Below are positions 47,259 through 62,963 of a stretch of DNA of 64,000 bases, piece by piece; positions within the stretch are counted from its first letter, which is position 1, and each line of letters opens with the position of its first letter. The notes below the pieces were generated by a model. That model was not told the DNA's origin. It worked only from the letters and a program-made list of their open reading frames with translations, and did no database searches. Where the stretch lies: positions 43,028,001-43,092,000 of the forward strand of contig OZ287755.1 in NCBI GenBank assembly GCA_965649765.1, given 5' to 3'. The DNA comes from Bispira polyomma. Its lineage: Eukaryota. The translations under genes and the position numbers were made by a program.

Positions 47259-49629
47259 TTAATTATGTCACAGGCCAAATTAACCCATTCTTATGCTCAC
47301 ATTTTAGTAGCTTACTTATTTCACAGTTCAAAATTTACCATTTTTGCTTATATAGCTTACATCTACAGGGGGACAGTGATTCGTAGTGGACAGCATTTCA
47401 CCGTAAATATTTATTTTTTTTAGAAGATAGATTTTTATTACCCAACTTGTTTATGCAAAACATCTTATATTTTTTCTTACAGCTTTTACTTCACGAAATA
47501 TATATTATCTTAATTAAATTTTGATTAATAATTGCGACAAATCATATTTTATATCTTTTGGTACCTCACAGAATTTACCTACAACTCCTTATTGGTTGTT
47601 GATGGTCAATGTCTCGCTGTAGAAAATTTTATTTAAAGGAAATTATATACACAATGTAATCTACATATAACATAAAAATGCCTAAAATACAAATATATAG
47701 AGTATTATCTGTTAAAAGAATTGTTACCCTTTCTACCAGGCTTATTATATTTCCCGGGATATACTATATTTCTAAAGACACTGGAAATACCGAGAACTAC
47801 TGCTAAATACCAGGAAATATTGGGCAGCAGGGCTGTTTATTTATTATACTGCTTTACAAAATACAGACGGTATTCAATCAACACAGAGTAATGGGTCCAC
47901 ATAGAAATCTTAATATTATTATCTACTTGGCAATGAACTACAGCGATTTGGTGATTGTTATTAAATCAACACAGATTAATAGCTCCAGATTTTGGTAATA
48001 TCTCAACATTTTAAAAATCTTTAATTTTATTATCTACTTGGAAATGAAATAAAGCGATTTGGTGCTTGATATGGGCCAGGTGATATAATGAACTGCATCA
48101 CCCAGCACCCATGAATTTGAATATGAAAACTGTAGCACACGGGCGGTCACAATTAGCCATTTCATACTGATTTTTGACGCATATTTAAATATATAAAACA
48201 GAGATTTTTAAAAAAAATATATATATTATTCTGTACGATAATTTATAGGCATCAAGTAGCATTTTCTTTTTCAATATTAATTTCTGTCGGTAATTTCTTT
48301 AAAAATGCCTCAGACATCTTTCTTTTTATTGTCATATTTATAGAATATTTTAGACAGAAATTTATTTTAAAATATGGCTAACATAAAATATAAACCTTCA
48401 ACAACATAATCTTATATTAAACTCGATTTTTAATGCTTTATAAATACAAATTTGAGGCTAATTCTTTTTGGTAACAACTCTGCACTTGTTGCTTTACACT
48501 GCTGCTGTGACGTCATTTGTTTGTGACGTAAGAACGACTTTTTCAAACTAGAGACTTTTTCTATTTTTTTAGTACTTTTAATATGGCCATAGTAAACAAT
48601 TTAATCCATAAATGTTATTAAACTTTTCACATATGCAAAATATAAGCATTATACAATCTTATTGCATACAAAACTCGATTTTTAGTGCGGTATAATTTTT
48701 TATTTGAAGCTACTTCTTTAAGGTACCAAGTCATTACTTTTTGTTTGTATTGTATAATTTTCTGATAATTTTCAATATTTTGATTTTTCTGACTGTTCTT
48801 TTATGAATTTTCAATATTTTGATTTTTTGACTGTTTTCTCTTATATTTTCACCTTTATGAGCATATTAATAACATTTTACAAGTGGAGTGGATAATAAAA
48901 TCAAAACAACCCTTGTGCTGTATATTAAAAAAATATATGGTGAAAGAAGATAATTAGTACAATATGAGCCTGTTATTTTTTAAATGTATTTCAATGATCA
49001 TTTTTGATTTTCTTTTTTTTACAGGAATTCCTTTGAATAATACTGATCAGTTTCATTTGTAACTTGTAAAATAAAGAACATACATTTTTTTTCTTGACAT
49101 ATACACTATTTCTCTTTTGACCTTTAAATTCTGACTTATTTTCCTCAGTCACACTATAGAAGCTATCATGGTAACATCTTGACCCATTACAAAAGATTTT
49201 GATATATTTCTCCACAATGAGTATACATTATTCATTTTTTACTTTCAATTTGATTTAAATTTTCTTTTATCTTGCTTTTAAAACATTGTATAGCTCATAC
49301 AATGACCAGCATTTTTACTGCTGGAGGACAGCAGTGCATAACTTGCTTGGTACTGATTTTGGGCCCTTTCAAACACAAGATGGGCAGCACTGACTGGCAA
49401 AATCATAAAAACTTTTGTTGCTTATTTTAGAATTATTGCAGATGTCTTCACCAAATTTTAGATGGAGGTTTATTAGATCAGTAGCTTGCGTGCTAATGAT
49501 TTTGAGACCCTTTAAAAAGAAATGGCTGCCATGGATAATTACTTGCTTCTAAACATGATTTAATGGCAAATATCTGTTATAGCCAAAATATAAACTTTTG
49601 ACCTAAGCAGCATTCCATCAAAACTAATG

Positions 49630-49825
49630 TTGAGCTTTTGCCCAAGAATCTGTCCTTGGAGATTGTCCTCATTGACAGAGTATGGTCATCCAAGCCACAA
49701 GGCAAACTTGTGTTCACATCTGGCCCAAGGAGCTTATCTCACCAAATGAAACTAGAGTTCTGTAGTGGGAATAGAACCTGGAACCTTCTGATCATTAGAC
49801 CAACTCCATAACCACTAGACCATCT
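49630..49825 (-). mobile_element. tRNA-derived SINE (degenerate)
   Basis: Minus strand has tggtctagtgg A-box, ggttctattcc B-box and ccttgggccag core. Confidence 0.55.
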
Positions 49826-52800
49826 GCTATTGAGTAATTGTTAATTTATTGGAACTAAGATATTGATGAACATTCTATATAGTTGCTTCTATTACTTGCT
49901 ATTATTAAATGTCAAATACCTTCTAGCCAAAATAAAAAGTCTTGACCTATTACGGGCAAGCAGCATTACATCATTAGGTCTATATTCCAAGTGATATGAT
50001 CTGTGCAGGCAACATATATTGACCTTCTCGAGATTATATTGCATTAGATCTGGATTTTGCGGGTGTATATGTTGCACTAGATCTTGACTTTGCAGTTGTA
50101 GTCCAACTATTATATTGCATTATGTCTGACTTTGCTCCTATATTCAAACTTTTACCAGCTTGGCATGATTAAGAGGGGACAAAGCCAGGATCGATCACAC
50201 TTGGTCATTAAAAACACAGACTGAATTCAGAGCCAGAAGTCATTTATTTTCGAACTTCCATTAGCAGGCATTTGAAATGTACATACATATTACTTTAATA
50301 CAACCCACAAAGTATATGCTCTCTTTTAATACTCCAGAGCTTCCACCTTTATAATAATTACTGTATTTACAACTATTACCATTTACTACTATTGTATGGT
50401 TTATTCTTTTTTGTATATATGAATCTGACCACTACCCAAATCCTACTTTCTAATTAAACACATTACACCAGACTGCTTCAGAAACCAATTTGATGAAACT
50501 TGCTTTCAGAGCATGATATACTTAGAACTCACCACTTTAACAACGCACTATCTCTGCTTACACTTTTTAATAGTCCTAAACACTAAATGAATTGATTAAT
50601 TCCTTTCATATATGTATATATATCAATTTTATATTTAATTTTCACTAAAACACTTTCATTCCATTTCCTTGAACAGGATATTATTTTAGAAATGGCCGAG
50701 AAAACACCTTCTTTTAGAAAAACCAAAGCGATAAATGATAAATAAAATAAAAGCTAAGACTAGTTATACTGATAGAAATTCATTATCTTGTGTTGCAAAA
50801 ACCTGGTAATTTGGCCCTATGGCAAGTAATATATATTTGTTTATCTTTTTCAGGAAAATCAACACAAGAAGTATGCGTGGACCGGCTATCCTTTTATGCA
50901 TACCTTAAATCCCGGGAAACCGTGCTAAAATGTTTTAGAAGCCGGTAAACACTATAACTGGATAAAAACCCGGGTCTTGACAAAACTAATTTACATATTT
51001 AAACCACAATAATGACAGTCCTAATCAGACTATCCATTAAAAATATATAAGAAACACTATATAACAGTGCTGATTGTAAAGAATACTGACTGCATTAGAA
51101 CTCATCACTTACCAACCCAGCCTTACAATACGCACCTTGGGATTTTTCTTATAGAGAAACAATACAATATCATAACTTAAAGACAACACTCTATTATAAC
51201 AAAACAAGCATTCACTGGACGCTGACAAGCGGTCTCATATCTCTTGGTCAACAGACCAAAATAAAAATATAACCTTGTAGCTGCCATTATTATCTTACAA
51301 ACGCCACCTCTTCACAGATGCTCCCAGGTGGGACATTCAATTGAAAATATTTTTATTCAATTTTAGGGTAAAATATTTCCTATAGACAATTTTATTAAGT
51401 TCCATCAGAGACCACGATTTAGATCATTAAAACATATATATATATTTTGGAAGTTTTTGTTATATAGCTGACCACGATTACGGTAATTGGAAAAATTAAC
51501 AAAGCCATAATTGAGAAAGCATGAGAAACAGTATTAATATCTCCTTCGAGAGTCAAAAAAAAAAGGACATATAATATTGAATTAAAAATGTCAAAAACGC
51601 TGGATGGTCCTGCCATCGATTTGCCCCAAATCTTAAATTCCGACTTTCATATCCGTGTTTTTAATAGATGTATATGCTGGCCAGTCATTGCTCCATTAAA
51701 CAATATATGTTAATGAGCAGTTCACGGAAACTGGCGAAGAGAGCGTCAACCCCGTCTACATTAACATAATATATGTATGACAAAAGTGGCTTCAATTTTA
51801 TTAATAAAGTTCACGGAAACTGACGAAAGCAGCTTTATTTATTACTTTATTGTTTATCTTCAATGTATTAACACAAAACCATATATTTGGGTATTGTTAA
51901 ATCAAGGGTCTTGTAAATTCGATATTTAGCGTCTTTCTTTAATAATCAAATGTTTTATATCTCTTACATTACAAAAATAATATTTTGACATCTCTAGATT
52001 AAAATACAGCTCCAATTTTCGCCAAGAACGATCTTTTTTAATGTCAAATAAGCCCATAAAGAAATGGTTAAAACTCGTGAATCTACGAGACACAAGGCTA
52101 TATATGCCATTATATTGATTTATTTGCGGTGTCGTGACTCAATGTTTTTGTGTTAACTCACGACATCGTGAATTAAAAGTAAATTTTGTGGTTCAAGTCA
52201 CAGCAAATTTAAAACGTTAAAAAGCTTCATGGTATACTCGTATTGATTTGCGGCAAATCTTAAATATTTCAACTTTTTTATCGGCCATTTTTTCGCTAGC
52301 ATTGACACTTTATTAATTCGACGTAATGGAGAAAACCTATAATGTATGAAATTAAAGTCTTGTATTACACATATTTTTTTAATAAATATCTTTCATGTAC
52401 GCATATATACATGTCTATAAATTTTAATGATGAAATGCTGCCTTATATGAGCACATATTGTCGACTTTCCAAAGCACTCATCAGATGGCGGGAAATACGA
52501 AAAAGAGAAAGTAAATAAACAAATATAAAAATGGCTACTCGTATTTAAACTTAAATATCTCAGTCATTTCTGAACGGATTTTGATGCAACAAAAAGCACA
52601 TTAATCGCATAAAATAAGCTTTCCCATCATAATTTTAGTAATTTATGAGTTATCAATAGATTATCAGCAATTTAGTTTTATACGTCAAAGTTATATATGC
52701 GTCGAAATAACATCATATAACCCTACTTAAAAAAATACGTTTATCGTAAAATATGTACAAAGTAAATACGGTATGTCGAAAACTCCATTGCGTTGAAAAC

Positions 52801-53582
52801 ATGATGAACGACTATATACGCACGGATCTGTGTTTATTAAAAAAAATTATCGTTGTTTTATGTAACTTCGGCGCATATATAACTTCGCCGCAACTAGCTG
52901 TGTAATCATTATAGTTATACATATTACTAAATGTTTTATTGTTCATAAATTAATCTTGACTACTTAAGGTCATTGTTGAATTGACTGTTTGATTTGAATA
53001 AGTCACTTAAGGCCAACACTAGTTAAACACATACCCAAAACTATTTAAGATCTCAAGGAGAAATACACATGTAATGGACAATACAAACACATTCATTGGG
53101 CACTTCATAAGTATATAGACTGCACAACTATCTGTCTTTATAGATGTTGGAGAGATACTACACACTTCATAAGTATATATGCTGCATAACAATCTGTCTA
53201 TATAGCAATTAGAGAGAGACTACATCACTTCAGAGACAACTGAACTTAGATAGTCATATCTACAACGTGAGAAATACAAAAATTTATGTTAAACGTCTGT
53301 CAGCAATACTGAATAATTTTCGTTAATTTTGCACCATTCTGTACGAAATGCATAAAAAAAACCCAAAAAATCAACAAAAATAAAGAACAATGTTTATTTA
53401 ACACACTTGCCTGTTAATTTATTCTCACGAAGACGCAAAAAGTAAAGACAGCAATTTTATAGCAAATGCAGATATCTTTCACGACTTGATGGCAGTGAAA
53501 ATGAACTTGTAAATAAAATTAGAAATAAAATATATTATTTGAGGAAATCGCTTTGAATTGTCACAATCTTGTAAGATCGTCA

Positions 53583-54560
53583 TTATTATGTCCACCCCAG
53601 TGGGGGGTGGACATATTATTTTTGCTTTTTTCGGCGTCCATCGTCCGTCAGGCTTGGTTTCTGGTCATTTCAAGGAAAAGCATTTATCCTATGTTTACCA
53701 AATTTGGTATGGGTGTTTATTGGGTTAATAGCTTGCATGGGATTGCTTTTGGTGAAGATAGGTCTATAGCTAACTGAGTAATAGCTACTTACTTACTTTT
53801 ATGTACTTCTTTGGTTTCCGGGCATTTTAAGGAAAAATATTTGACATATGTTTACCAAATTTGGTATGACCAATAGTTCGGTCAATAGCTTGCTTGGGAT
53901 TGCTTTTAGTGGTTATAGCTATATAACTCACTCAGTAATAGCTACTTTTAGTAGCTTTTTCATTTTAAAATAAAAGTATTTAACCTATGTTCAGGAAAAG
54001 TATTTATCCTATCTTTACCAAATTTGGTATGGGCGTTTATTGGGTTAATAGCTTTCATGGGATTGCTTTTGGTGAAGATAGCTCTATAGCTAACTGGGTA
54101 ATAGCTACTTAGCTACTTTTGTATCTAGGCATTTTAAGAAAAAATATTTGACACATTTTTACCAAATTTGGCATGACCAATAGTTAGGTCAATAGCTTGC
54201 TTGGGATTGCTTTTAGTGATAATAGCTATAACTGACTGAGTAATAGCTACTTAGCTACTTTTAGTAGCTTTTTTATTTTAAGCATTTTAAAGGAAAAGTA
54301 TTTCACCTATGTTCACAAAATTTGGGATGGAGGATTATTGGATCAGTAGCTTGCTTGGGATTGCTTTTGGTGGTAATACCTTTATAGCCAACTGAGTAAT
54401 AGCTTCTGTGCTATGTAGCTATTATGCTATTTTGAGTTGACCTTTTTTCTAGACATTTTAATGAAACAATGTTTTCTATTTTCACAAAACTTTATATGAA
54501 GGATAATTGTGTCAATAGTTTGGTCAGGATAGCTTTTGGTCGATGATAGTGTAGTAATGC
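53583..54560. mobile_element. Helentron/HINE-like element with about 150-bp tandem array
   Basis: Hairpin tatgtccacccc-agtgg-ggggtggacata, (CGTC)-type microsatellite, then about 6 units containing tttaccaaatttggtatg...gggattgctttt. Confidence 0.7.
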
Positions 54561-57500
54561 TTATATAATAAAAATTCTATTTGAAATGTATGATCACTTG
54601 TTATACTACTTCAATAATTTCTTGTGTTTTATAAGTCTGGCATTTCCCCCCTTGCTAATAATATCCCAATGTGTAACTTTGACTACAAATTTGTGTCCAG
54701 AAATGCAAAATTCATAAATGTTTGTTTGGGGAAGTAATTTTCAGTCAAATTTGTCTGTGGAAATTATTTATTAATAACTCATTTTATTGTGATTTTTGTA
54801 GTTTTTGTTTCATCATACCATCGATAACCAATTACAAAATGATACTGCATAGTTATGGATGATTTCGGAACCACTCGCACTGTATAAGCTAGTTCAGCAT
54901 TTCCAACTCAGGATAAATAAGCAAATACACAAAATAGTGATTCCACCAATTCTAATCTTTCACCCAATGTCTCTGAATCTAATATCACATTAGCATCCAG
55001 TGACACTTGTCATAAAAATCAGATTTATTATCCTGTGGTTAATTATAGGGACTTATCCAACCCTATTTGCAAGAGTCAGAATAAAAATAATCCCTACAAC
55101 TCAAACCAAGCCATATCCACAAATTTCTCCAAACATATAATTAATAAAATGAAATTGTGTCTTTTCAGACTGACACCTCAGTCTTCAATGTTTGAGATGA
55201 TGCCATGAAACTCTGGAGTCACACACACGAAGTACAATCTGCTGCTGAGAAGGCTAAACTCGGAGGCAGTTTCCTCTCTAAACAAGTCCAACAGGACAAA
55301 CTCTGTGCCCATGCTCACTGAGGTTAGAACCAGTCCCTCCACCTAATTCCATAGCCGATGAACTAAATACCAAACACCTAAAGGATATGGCCATTGGTAA
55401 TGCCCCAATGCGTTCTGTTGAGCATGTTCACAGGACTGATAAGGAGGGAACCAACCAGGCCCTAACTTTTCTGATCAGCAAAGACAGAGACAGCACGCGC
55501 CAGTTGCTTTCCAAGAAACTACGAGATATAGATGAGTCGGCCACTACTGATTGCGCCATCTCCGACAAGTGGTTCTTAGTTCCAGGGAAGACCTCAAATA
55601 AACCAAGGTGTCTTTGCAGGACCTGATTCAGAGGACGCCAGGAAAACAGGCCAAACAAGGCCTGCCACAGTCCTTCAAAAACAAACAACACACAGGACCA
55701 GGGCGGTCCTGTGTCCTGTTCTCCCAACTCCAGGCCTACCAAAACCAGGCCTAATAGAAGCCACCCTACTGGCACGAGAGATGTCAGACTGCAACAGCAA
55801 ATTAAACTGACATCCAGAGAGGAGGCTCTTATCAGAGCTTACAGAGACTAAAGTATTTAATACTAATACTGTATATAACTCGCCATTCATAGACAATTCC
55901 AGTTTTATGGTAGTTGATGTTAAGTTTAATCCTTGCACTGTTCTGTATTTATGTCATAATAAATACCTATTATTTTATCCCTTTGTACACCCCATCCGAC
56001 ACACTATGATGCAAACCTGTTGTTGACTGATTAATATTTTGAACAGTAACCTGAACAATAATCAAGGCTGTTTTGTCACATCAACAGTCAGATGGCCGCC
56101 AAAACTGTTAGTGCTAATAATTTAGCAATAATAACCACAATCAAGACAGTTTTTGTCACACCCACAAACAGTCGGATGGCTGCTTCTGACGTAAGTGTTG
56201 TTAATCTTTCTAACACATCAATAACTCAGCCATAATTAAGTCTCCTTTGTGAAGGTTTCACTTCTATCCCAACGTGTACGGACACGGACAGCACGGATCA
56301 CATACGATAATAGTTACGTAGAGGTGTATTTCAAATAAGAGAATATATAACAATCTATATTTCATGCTCACGGACCCGTGTACTGATCGTGCCATATCGC
56401 AGAGGTGTATTTCCTACTTAACCTCGGACTACTCTTACAGACACAAATTATTTCCATGCGTATTACCTTTTTTTTTATACACAGGGACCTGTGCGTATAT
56501 AACCACTGTAAAAATAAATACATTCCCTCTACTCTAATACCTCTCCTTTCAGAAACATCCAAAGGAGCATCTGCTGATGTGGCCCCTTGGGCCACTCTTA
56601 TTTTGTTTTACTGTAGACAGCACTTTCTACCAGTTTCGTCCATTATTTTAATTCATTATTGGGCATTTAAATGTGGTTGGTACCAAGGAAGAGTCGGAAG
56701 CATTAATATATCTATTTATTTTGTTTGTAAAATAACATTTTACCTTTGACCTCACAATTACCGCATATTTTGTTATTTAAATTTTCCGTGGGGCGAGTCA
56801 GATTCTTAGGTTTCAATAGGTATATATATATATATATATGACAAAGACTAGGATTGTGAATATATATACGAAGTATATAGATCCATAGTGACCGGATGTA
56901 TCTATTTCTTCTAAATTGCTATAACACACACCTTCTAACTTTGGTTTCGACCGCTAGATGGCACCACACTACAGTGTGTTTTTTATAAACAAGAAGACCT
57001 CAAACAGAAGATTAATACCATTTTTTAAAGCATGGGTAAGAAGTGGCGAATAAAAACCAAATTGCCTTTATTCGATAAAAATTTTGATATTATATAAAAC
57101 TTTGACAAAATATCACCTTATATGCACATATAGTTGCTTTAATCCATAAAAATTTCTTTAGTTTGTGAATAATTTGTGGTACATAAATATATTTGTACGC
57201 TGATGACCAAAGATGGCCACCGACCTAATTGTATCATGCAAGACAGTCATTGGCTCAAAATCTGGGCCGTTTCCAATGCGCGTGCGCAGTAACTTAAGCA
57301 TATTGGGTCAAAGGTTAGACCAATTTAAACAAGAATAATTAATATAGAATAGTTTGGTCCGTCCGCCAGGGGTCGGCATACATAATTGATCTTGGGCGAT
57401 AAGGGATTGGCTGGAAATTAGGTCTGTAGACCAACTTCTATAAAAGCATGAGGATTTCTCACCAAAAACAACAACTTTATGGCGGCGAACACAAAAGAAA

Positions 57501-59536
57501 TAAAGTATGGTATTTAAGGAAATTACATCGAATTTCAAAGCCACAATTTCTGGTGAATTATTAAAAAAAAGAGATTTGCAAAGTATAGTTTCTAGTTATA
57601 TAGTATTGTTACCAATATAGTCAGCATTACAGTCACTTCGTTTTCATAGCATGAGCGAAAATAGAAGATGCTAATTTGGTAGCCAGATGTCTTTATGTCT
57701 ATACGGCAGAATTTTTCTGGAGGGAAATTATTAGTTCAGTCATAAGTGATAAATAAGTTCCCCATCAATGTTTTATATATATAATAAATATTTTCAATTT
57801 TTTTATAGACACATCGACAGAGAGACAGAATCTTTTTTTTAATTTTTTTTTTTAAATTTTTTTATTTTTTAAGACACATTGACAGTATTTTTTTTTTGGT
57901 CCATGTCTCTAAAATTATTTAAAAAAAAAATATTCTGTCGATGTTCTAAAAAAAAAAAGAAATTGTTCGGTCGATCTGTTATTTTGTTGTATCTTATACG
58001 TTGACAGATAGATAATATTGGTTTACTTTTAGGTAGACAGCTTGACAAATAGATAGATTTCTCCGAGATTTGTGACCACAAGGTCACTGTTCTCTTGTTA
58101 ATATTATAAAGTGTTATCTTTTAGTTAGGATATGGTATTTAATCTCTTGGCCAGAGATGTTAGGTTTTGTTAAAATTGTGTAGAGATTTTGATCACTGCT
58201 AATTCCCTGTGGCCCGGAGCCATCGCTTTATGGGATGGGCCACTTCCTTTCAAATTCCGATGGCCCGTTTGGCCAAATTATTTCCAGACTTCCATTTATT
58301 TTTTACTCGCACTGCTGTTAACTTTAGGTAGCAGACTGTTCCAGTTTCTTCAGCGTACATGCGGAGACAAAATTTGATGTGAAAGTTTTTTATTTTATTA
58401 AATAGCAAGGCTATGGGTCAAAATTCTTCTTATTGTTAAATAAAAAAAAAAGATTTTATATATTTCTGAGTAGTTTTGTATGTTATCTTCATATAGCAAA
58501 TTTTACGCATATTTTACTAACTTCATGTATTATCGCCTATTGCTCTCACTGCTAACCGACTAGCCTCGTCTTTGCTAGTGCTTTAATTTTCGAATTTTTT
58601 AACCCATCTTCTGGCCCTTTCTTTGGCTTTAAATAGCTGGGCTTGCTTCAATTGAAAATTTTGATTTCAGTGCCAATTCTGTATTTTAGAATAAAATCAA
58701 TTCCTTTTACCCCTCATTCGAAATAAATAAGAGGGGCCGATATATTTTCAGCCCATCTTCTGGCTCTCGAAAATTTTCAGTCCATTTTTTTAAAAATTAC
58801 CCAATATATATTTTATTAATTTAATTATTGAGCTATCTGATTCTAATGCCACCAATCTATAGAATCAATTATTCCTTGAAGTTCAGACACTAAGTTTGAT
58901 AGCTTTAGTAATTTTGAAAAACCATCGATCCCTTCCTCGGAACTGTGATCTTATAGTTAAATGGGACCGTGCTCCAACCAGCGAGTGCACTAGGAAGTAA
59001 GAGTCAAAAAAAATTTTATCATGGTTTTCAGAAAATTTTACTAAGAGTATATTCTTAATATTTTATTTACTACATATTAAAATAGCTGTGTGTATGACAG
59101 AAATCGACGAAAGTTCAGTATTAATCAAATTTTTCTTCTGTTCAGGTTGAAATGTCTAGTTTACTTGATAGTACATTTCATTATTTAGAGGTAATCGTGC
59201 AGTTGCTAGGTGGAGCTGCGGTCGCATTCAATGGCCATGTAAATAGTCGGTCGCAAAAATGGGACATTTTAATTAAATTCATCGTTGTGTTAGATTTGTG
59301 CGTTTGCATCACTGTGATGCATATTAAAGCGAGTATTGGCATACATTTGCTCTATAGTATTATTTTGTATATCATGCAGGATTGCTGTTCCTAGCCTTCC
59401 ATTTGTACATAGACGCTCATTATATACCACAATACAAGTTGGTTCCTATTTTTCTACGTTTAAGTGAGTGAAAATTGAAGAATTCTGCAGTCATTGGCAG
59501 AATTTACCTCTTTTTTTGGTGAAATCAAATAGGATT

Positions 59537-59665
59537 TATATGTCCTTATATTTTCTGACTCCTGAAAGAGATATTAATATTATATGTCCTTATATTTTTT
59601 GACTCCTGAAAGAGATATTAATATTATATGTCCTTATATTTTTTGACTCCTGAAAGAGATATTCA
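59537..59665. repeat. About 44-bp tandem repeat, three copies
   Basis: tatatgtccttatattttttgactcctgaaagagatattaatat repeated. Confidence 0.85.
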
Positions 59666-59766
59666 ATATATTAATAGGAAAACGGACATTCAATGAAAAA
59701 TATTTTATTTAATTAAATTGGTTTCAATGACGATGTAAACATTTAATAATGAGTGGAAATGTGATA

Positions 59767-60832
59767 CACGGGCGGTCACAATACCGGTCGGTCACAATAC
59801 CGTCCGTTGCATTTTTAAATACTTTACCGACGAAAATTAATATTGAAAACATGTGCTATGGTTGTGCAATGTTATTTCGACGTATTACACTAATTTACGG
59901 CACATCTAATTTTGGCTCATTATTGAACAATAATATCGTCATAAAAGCCCTTTTAAATAAATATTTTTCATTGAATGTCCGTTTGCATATTAAAATCGTA
60001 AATTTAAAATGTCAAAAACGCTGGATGGGTACGTACTCCCATTGATTTGCGCCAATTCTTAAATGCCAACTTTTATATCGGCCATTTTGTTGTTTATACA
60101 GTCACTTTATTGATTCAACGTAACGGAGGAAACCTATAATTTATGAAGTCATAGTCTTATGTCACCCATATTTTTTTTTAATAAATATCTTACATGTATG
60201 GTTGTATGATGTTATTTCGACACATATATAATTTCGACGTATAAAACTAAATTGCCGATAATTGATTAATAACTCAGAATTTACTAAAACTAAAGTTTTG
60301 TCAGAAATATTGTGAGAAAGTTTATTTTATTGCGATTATTGTGCTTTTTGTTGCATCTAAATCCGTTAACAACTTACAGAGATATTTAAGTTTAAATACG
60401 GGTAGCCATTTTTATATTTGTCTATTTACATTCAAATTTTTGCCGAGTGCTGCTATCTAGCGAGTGCTTTGGAACTAGTCAACATGTGCTCATGTAAGAC
60501 AATATTAGATCGTTAAAATTGACAGAAAAGAATATATACTTATATATAACATATGTAATAAAACAAATGTGTTTAATATAAGACTATAACTTCATATATT
60601 ATCTTTTTTCTCTATTACGTTGAATCAATACAGTGTCAGTATGAACAACAAAATGGCGGATAAAAAAGTTAAAAATTTAAGATTTGCCGCAAATAGATGC
60701 AAGTACCATTAACAGTTTTTAACATTTTAAATTTACCACGATAATACGCAAACGGACATTCAATGAAATATATTTAATTTAATTAAAAGGGCTTTAATGA
60801 CAATGTTCCGACCGGTATTGTGATCGCCCGTG
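59767..60832. mobile_element. TA-flanked non-autonomous DNA transposon; related fragments at about 48139, 51570-52900 and 59660-59750
   Basis: TA|cacgggcggtcacaataccggtcgg ... ccgaccggtattgtgatcgcccgtg|TA plus internal inverted blocks. Confidence 0.75.
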
Positions 60833-60834
60833 TA

Positions 60835-61540
60835 TGCCTCCGTGATTTCAGGCGGATTCGACGCTATCTTTCCAAATCCACTGCAGTCACTATTGCCAAT
60901 GCTTTGGTCAGCAGCAGGCTTGATTACTGCAACTCTCTGTTCCGTTCCTTATCTCGTAGTGATCTCAGACGCCTTCAGAATATCCAACACTCATTGGCAC
61001 GTATTGTGACCAAAACATCTAAATTTTCCCACATTACTCCTGTACTCAAGTCACTGCACTGGCTCCCAATAAAATATCGTGTTGCTTTCAAAACAGCAAC
61101 AATAATATATAAATTTCTAAATTCTGGATTACCCACTTATTTTAGCCCCCATTTATCCAAATATACATGCTCAGTCAGGACTAGGCGCAGTAACCCTGAT
61201 AAATTATACCTTAACATTCCCACCTTCGACCCTCGCATCCACAAATCCAAAGTTCAGTTCAATCACTGCCTAGCTCATGATGGCCCCCTCATTTGGAACA
61301 GCCTACCTGATCATGTTCGCCTGGCTCAAACTTTCTCCTCTTTCAGGAGTAAGCTGAAGGCCTATCTTTTTGAACAGGCTTTTCCACCTTAGCCGTCGCA
61401 ACCATCTACGGTAGTCTCCCTGGTTACGACTTCCATCCGCCCACTATTTTTGATTTGCGATTAACGTTTTGGGTTTGTTGCGCCTTAGAATTTGTTGTAC
61501 AAAGATTAAGCGCTATAAAAGTACGACTAGATTAGATTAT
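60835..61540 (+). mobile_element. 5'-truncated L2-clade LINE (ORF2 C-terminus, 3' UTR, tagat-repeat tail)
   Basis: ANALVSSRLDYCNSL, SHITPVLKSLHWLPI, WNSLP, FRSKLKAYLF; the open frame suggests a fairly young copy. Confidence 0.9.
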
Positions 61541-62350
61541 GCCGTAAATAACATGGACCTTTCCATGCTGTCAATCAAACCATGGGCGACAGCCAATGAA
61601 ATCGCGGTTTTTTTACAGTTCAAAACGGCCGCCATTTTGTCTGACAAACAAACAATGGGAGCCGTGAAATGTCAATACATATATTTGTAAAATAAAAGTT
61701 ATTGGAGAATATATAATTTTTGTTATATTTATTTTCTATTAATTATGTGAAATATAATGTGATAGATTTTTATAAGTGACAGCATGTTTTATATCTTGAA
61801 TAGTGTTTGTTTACATTCGAAATCTACTTCCTGGTTTGGGGGTAGTTAATTTTCTTTTAATTATTTTTTTTATGGAAAATGGATAAAATAAATACATCTG
61901 TATTTTATTGAATTCTACACAAAATTAGGTTTTTTTCAATACCTATGTTGCCTGGGTACATGGATCAATCATATCATGAAAATTGGCCGTAATTTACTTG
62001 TACACTACTGGATATGTGAACTACTGTATTTACTGGATTAATTACAAAATATAAGAATATAATTTATATAACAATACAAATGAAAGAGACAAAAATAAAT
62101 TGTGTGAATTGTGTGTGAATTTACTTTGGTCAAGCTTTTAGCTCTGGTTAAAAAATTAAATATGCCAGATCTATTTGCTGTGACTCAAGGCAATCAGTTC
62201 TTCAAGTACATTTGTACAGTACATGTTACACTTACTGTTCAAATACAATGTGGATAATCTCAATAAAATTGAATGGATGCAACAGAGGTACTGCACGATC
62301 TTGCTGATGAGTTTCAATAGAAAACATTTTTATTGATAAATATAGTTTAT

Positions 62351-62391
62351 TGCGATTTAGAACCGTGAGCGCGTGACGGTTCTAAATCGCA
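62351..62391. other. Perfect 16-bp-stem hairpin, probably a Helentron-like terminus
   Basis: tgcgatttagaaccgt-gagcgcgtg-acggttctaaatcgca. Confidence 0.5.
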
Positions 62392-62866
62392 TTGTTTTCC
62401 GAACCGCCTATGACTATTCCGAAACCTCAGCGTAAAAAATTATGTGTCGAAAAATCGTTAGGAAGTATTTTTTTAGTACTCACCTATAATTCTCCCAAAA
62501 AGCTCAAATGTGATAGATGTTGGACCTACTACATGTGATAGGCCAACCTATACTCATACAGCCTTCTATTTTATATTAATTGATGTCTGCATGAAATAAG
62601 ATAAAATCGGCTAATATATTATATATAAGGAATGACAGAATATTTTTATTTTTACCAGATTCTATCTCTATATATACCGATTGGGATTTACAATGTTTAT
62701 TCGGTCTAGAGGGACGGATTCTTTGATTCAATCCTGAAAAATTATTTTTTCTTACTGTGACATTTCCTTTGCTTAAGAGCCAAAAAGTACATAAATTACA
62801 GGACTATACGGAATTCATACTTTAACACCTTGTTAGTAACCAATTAGCCCATGTTAATTTTTTTAA

Positions 62867-62963
62867 CCCTTTTGATGCCAACAGAAAACTATCACATAGA
62901 ACTTAAGTTCTGGTGGTAACAAATGTGCTTGACTGCCAGTCGTCAACCTAGGGATCGAAAAGG
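62867..62963. mobile_element. Possible tiny piggyBac-like MITE
   Basis: TTAA|cccttttgatgcc ... gggatcgaaaagg|TTAA. Confidence 0.35.

Noticed and set aside
50670-51260. Possible host exons
   Set aside because: Acceptor-like sites are present, but all frames have stops and no protein is recognisable.
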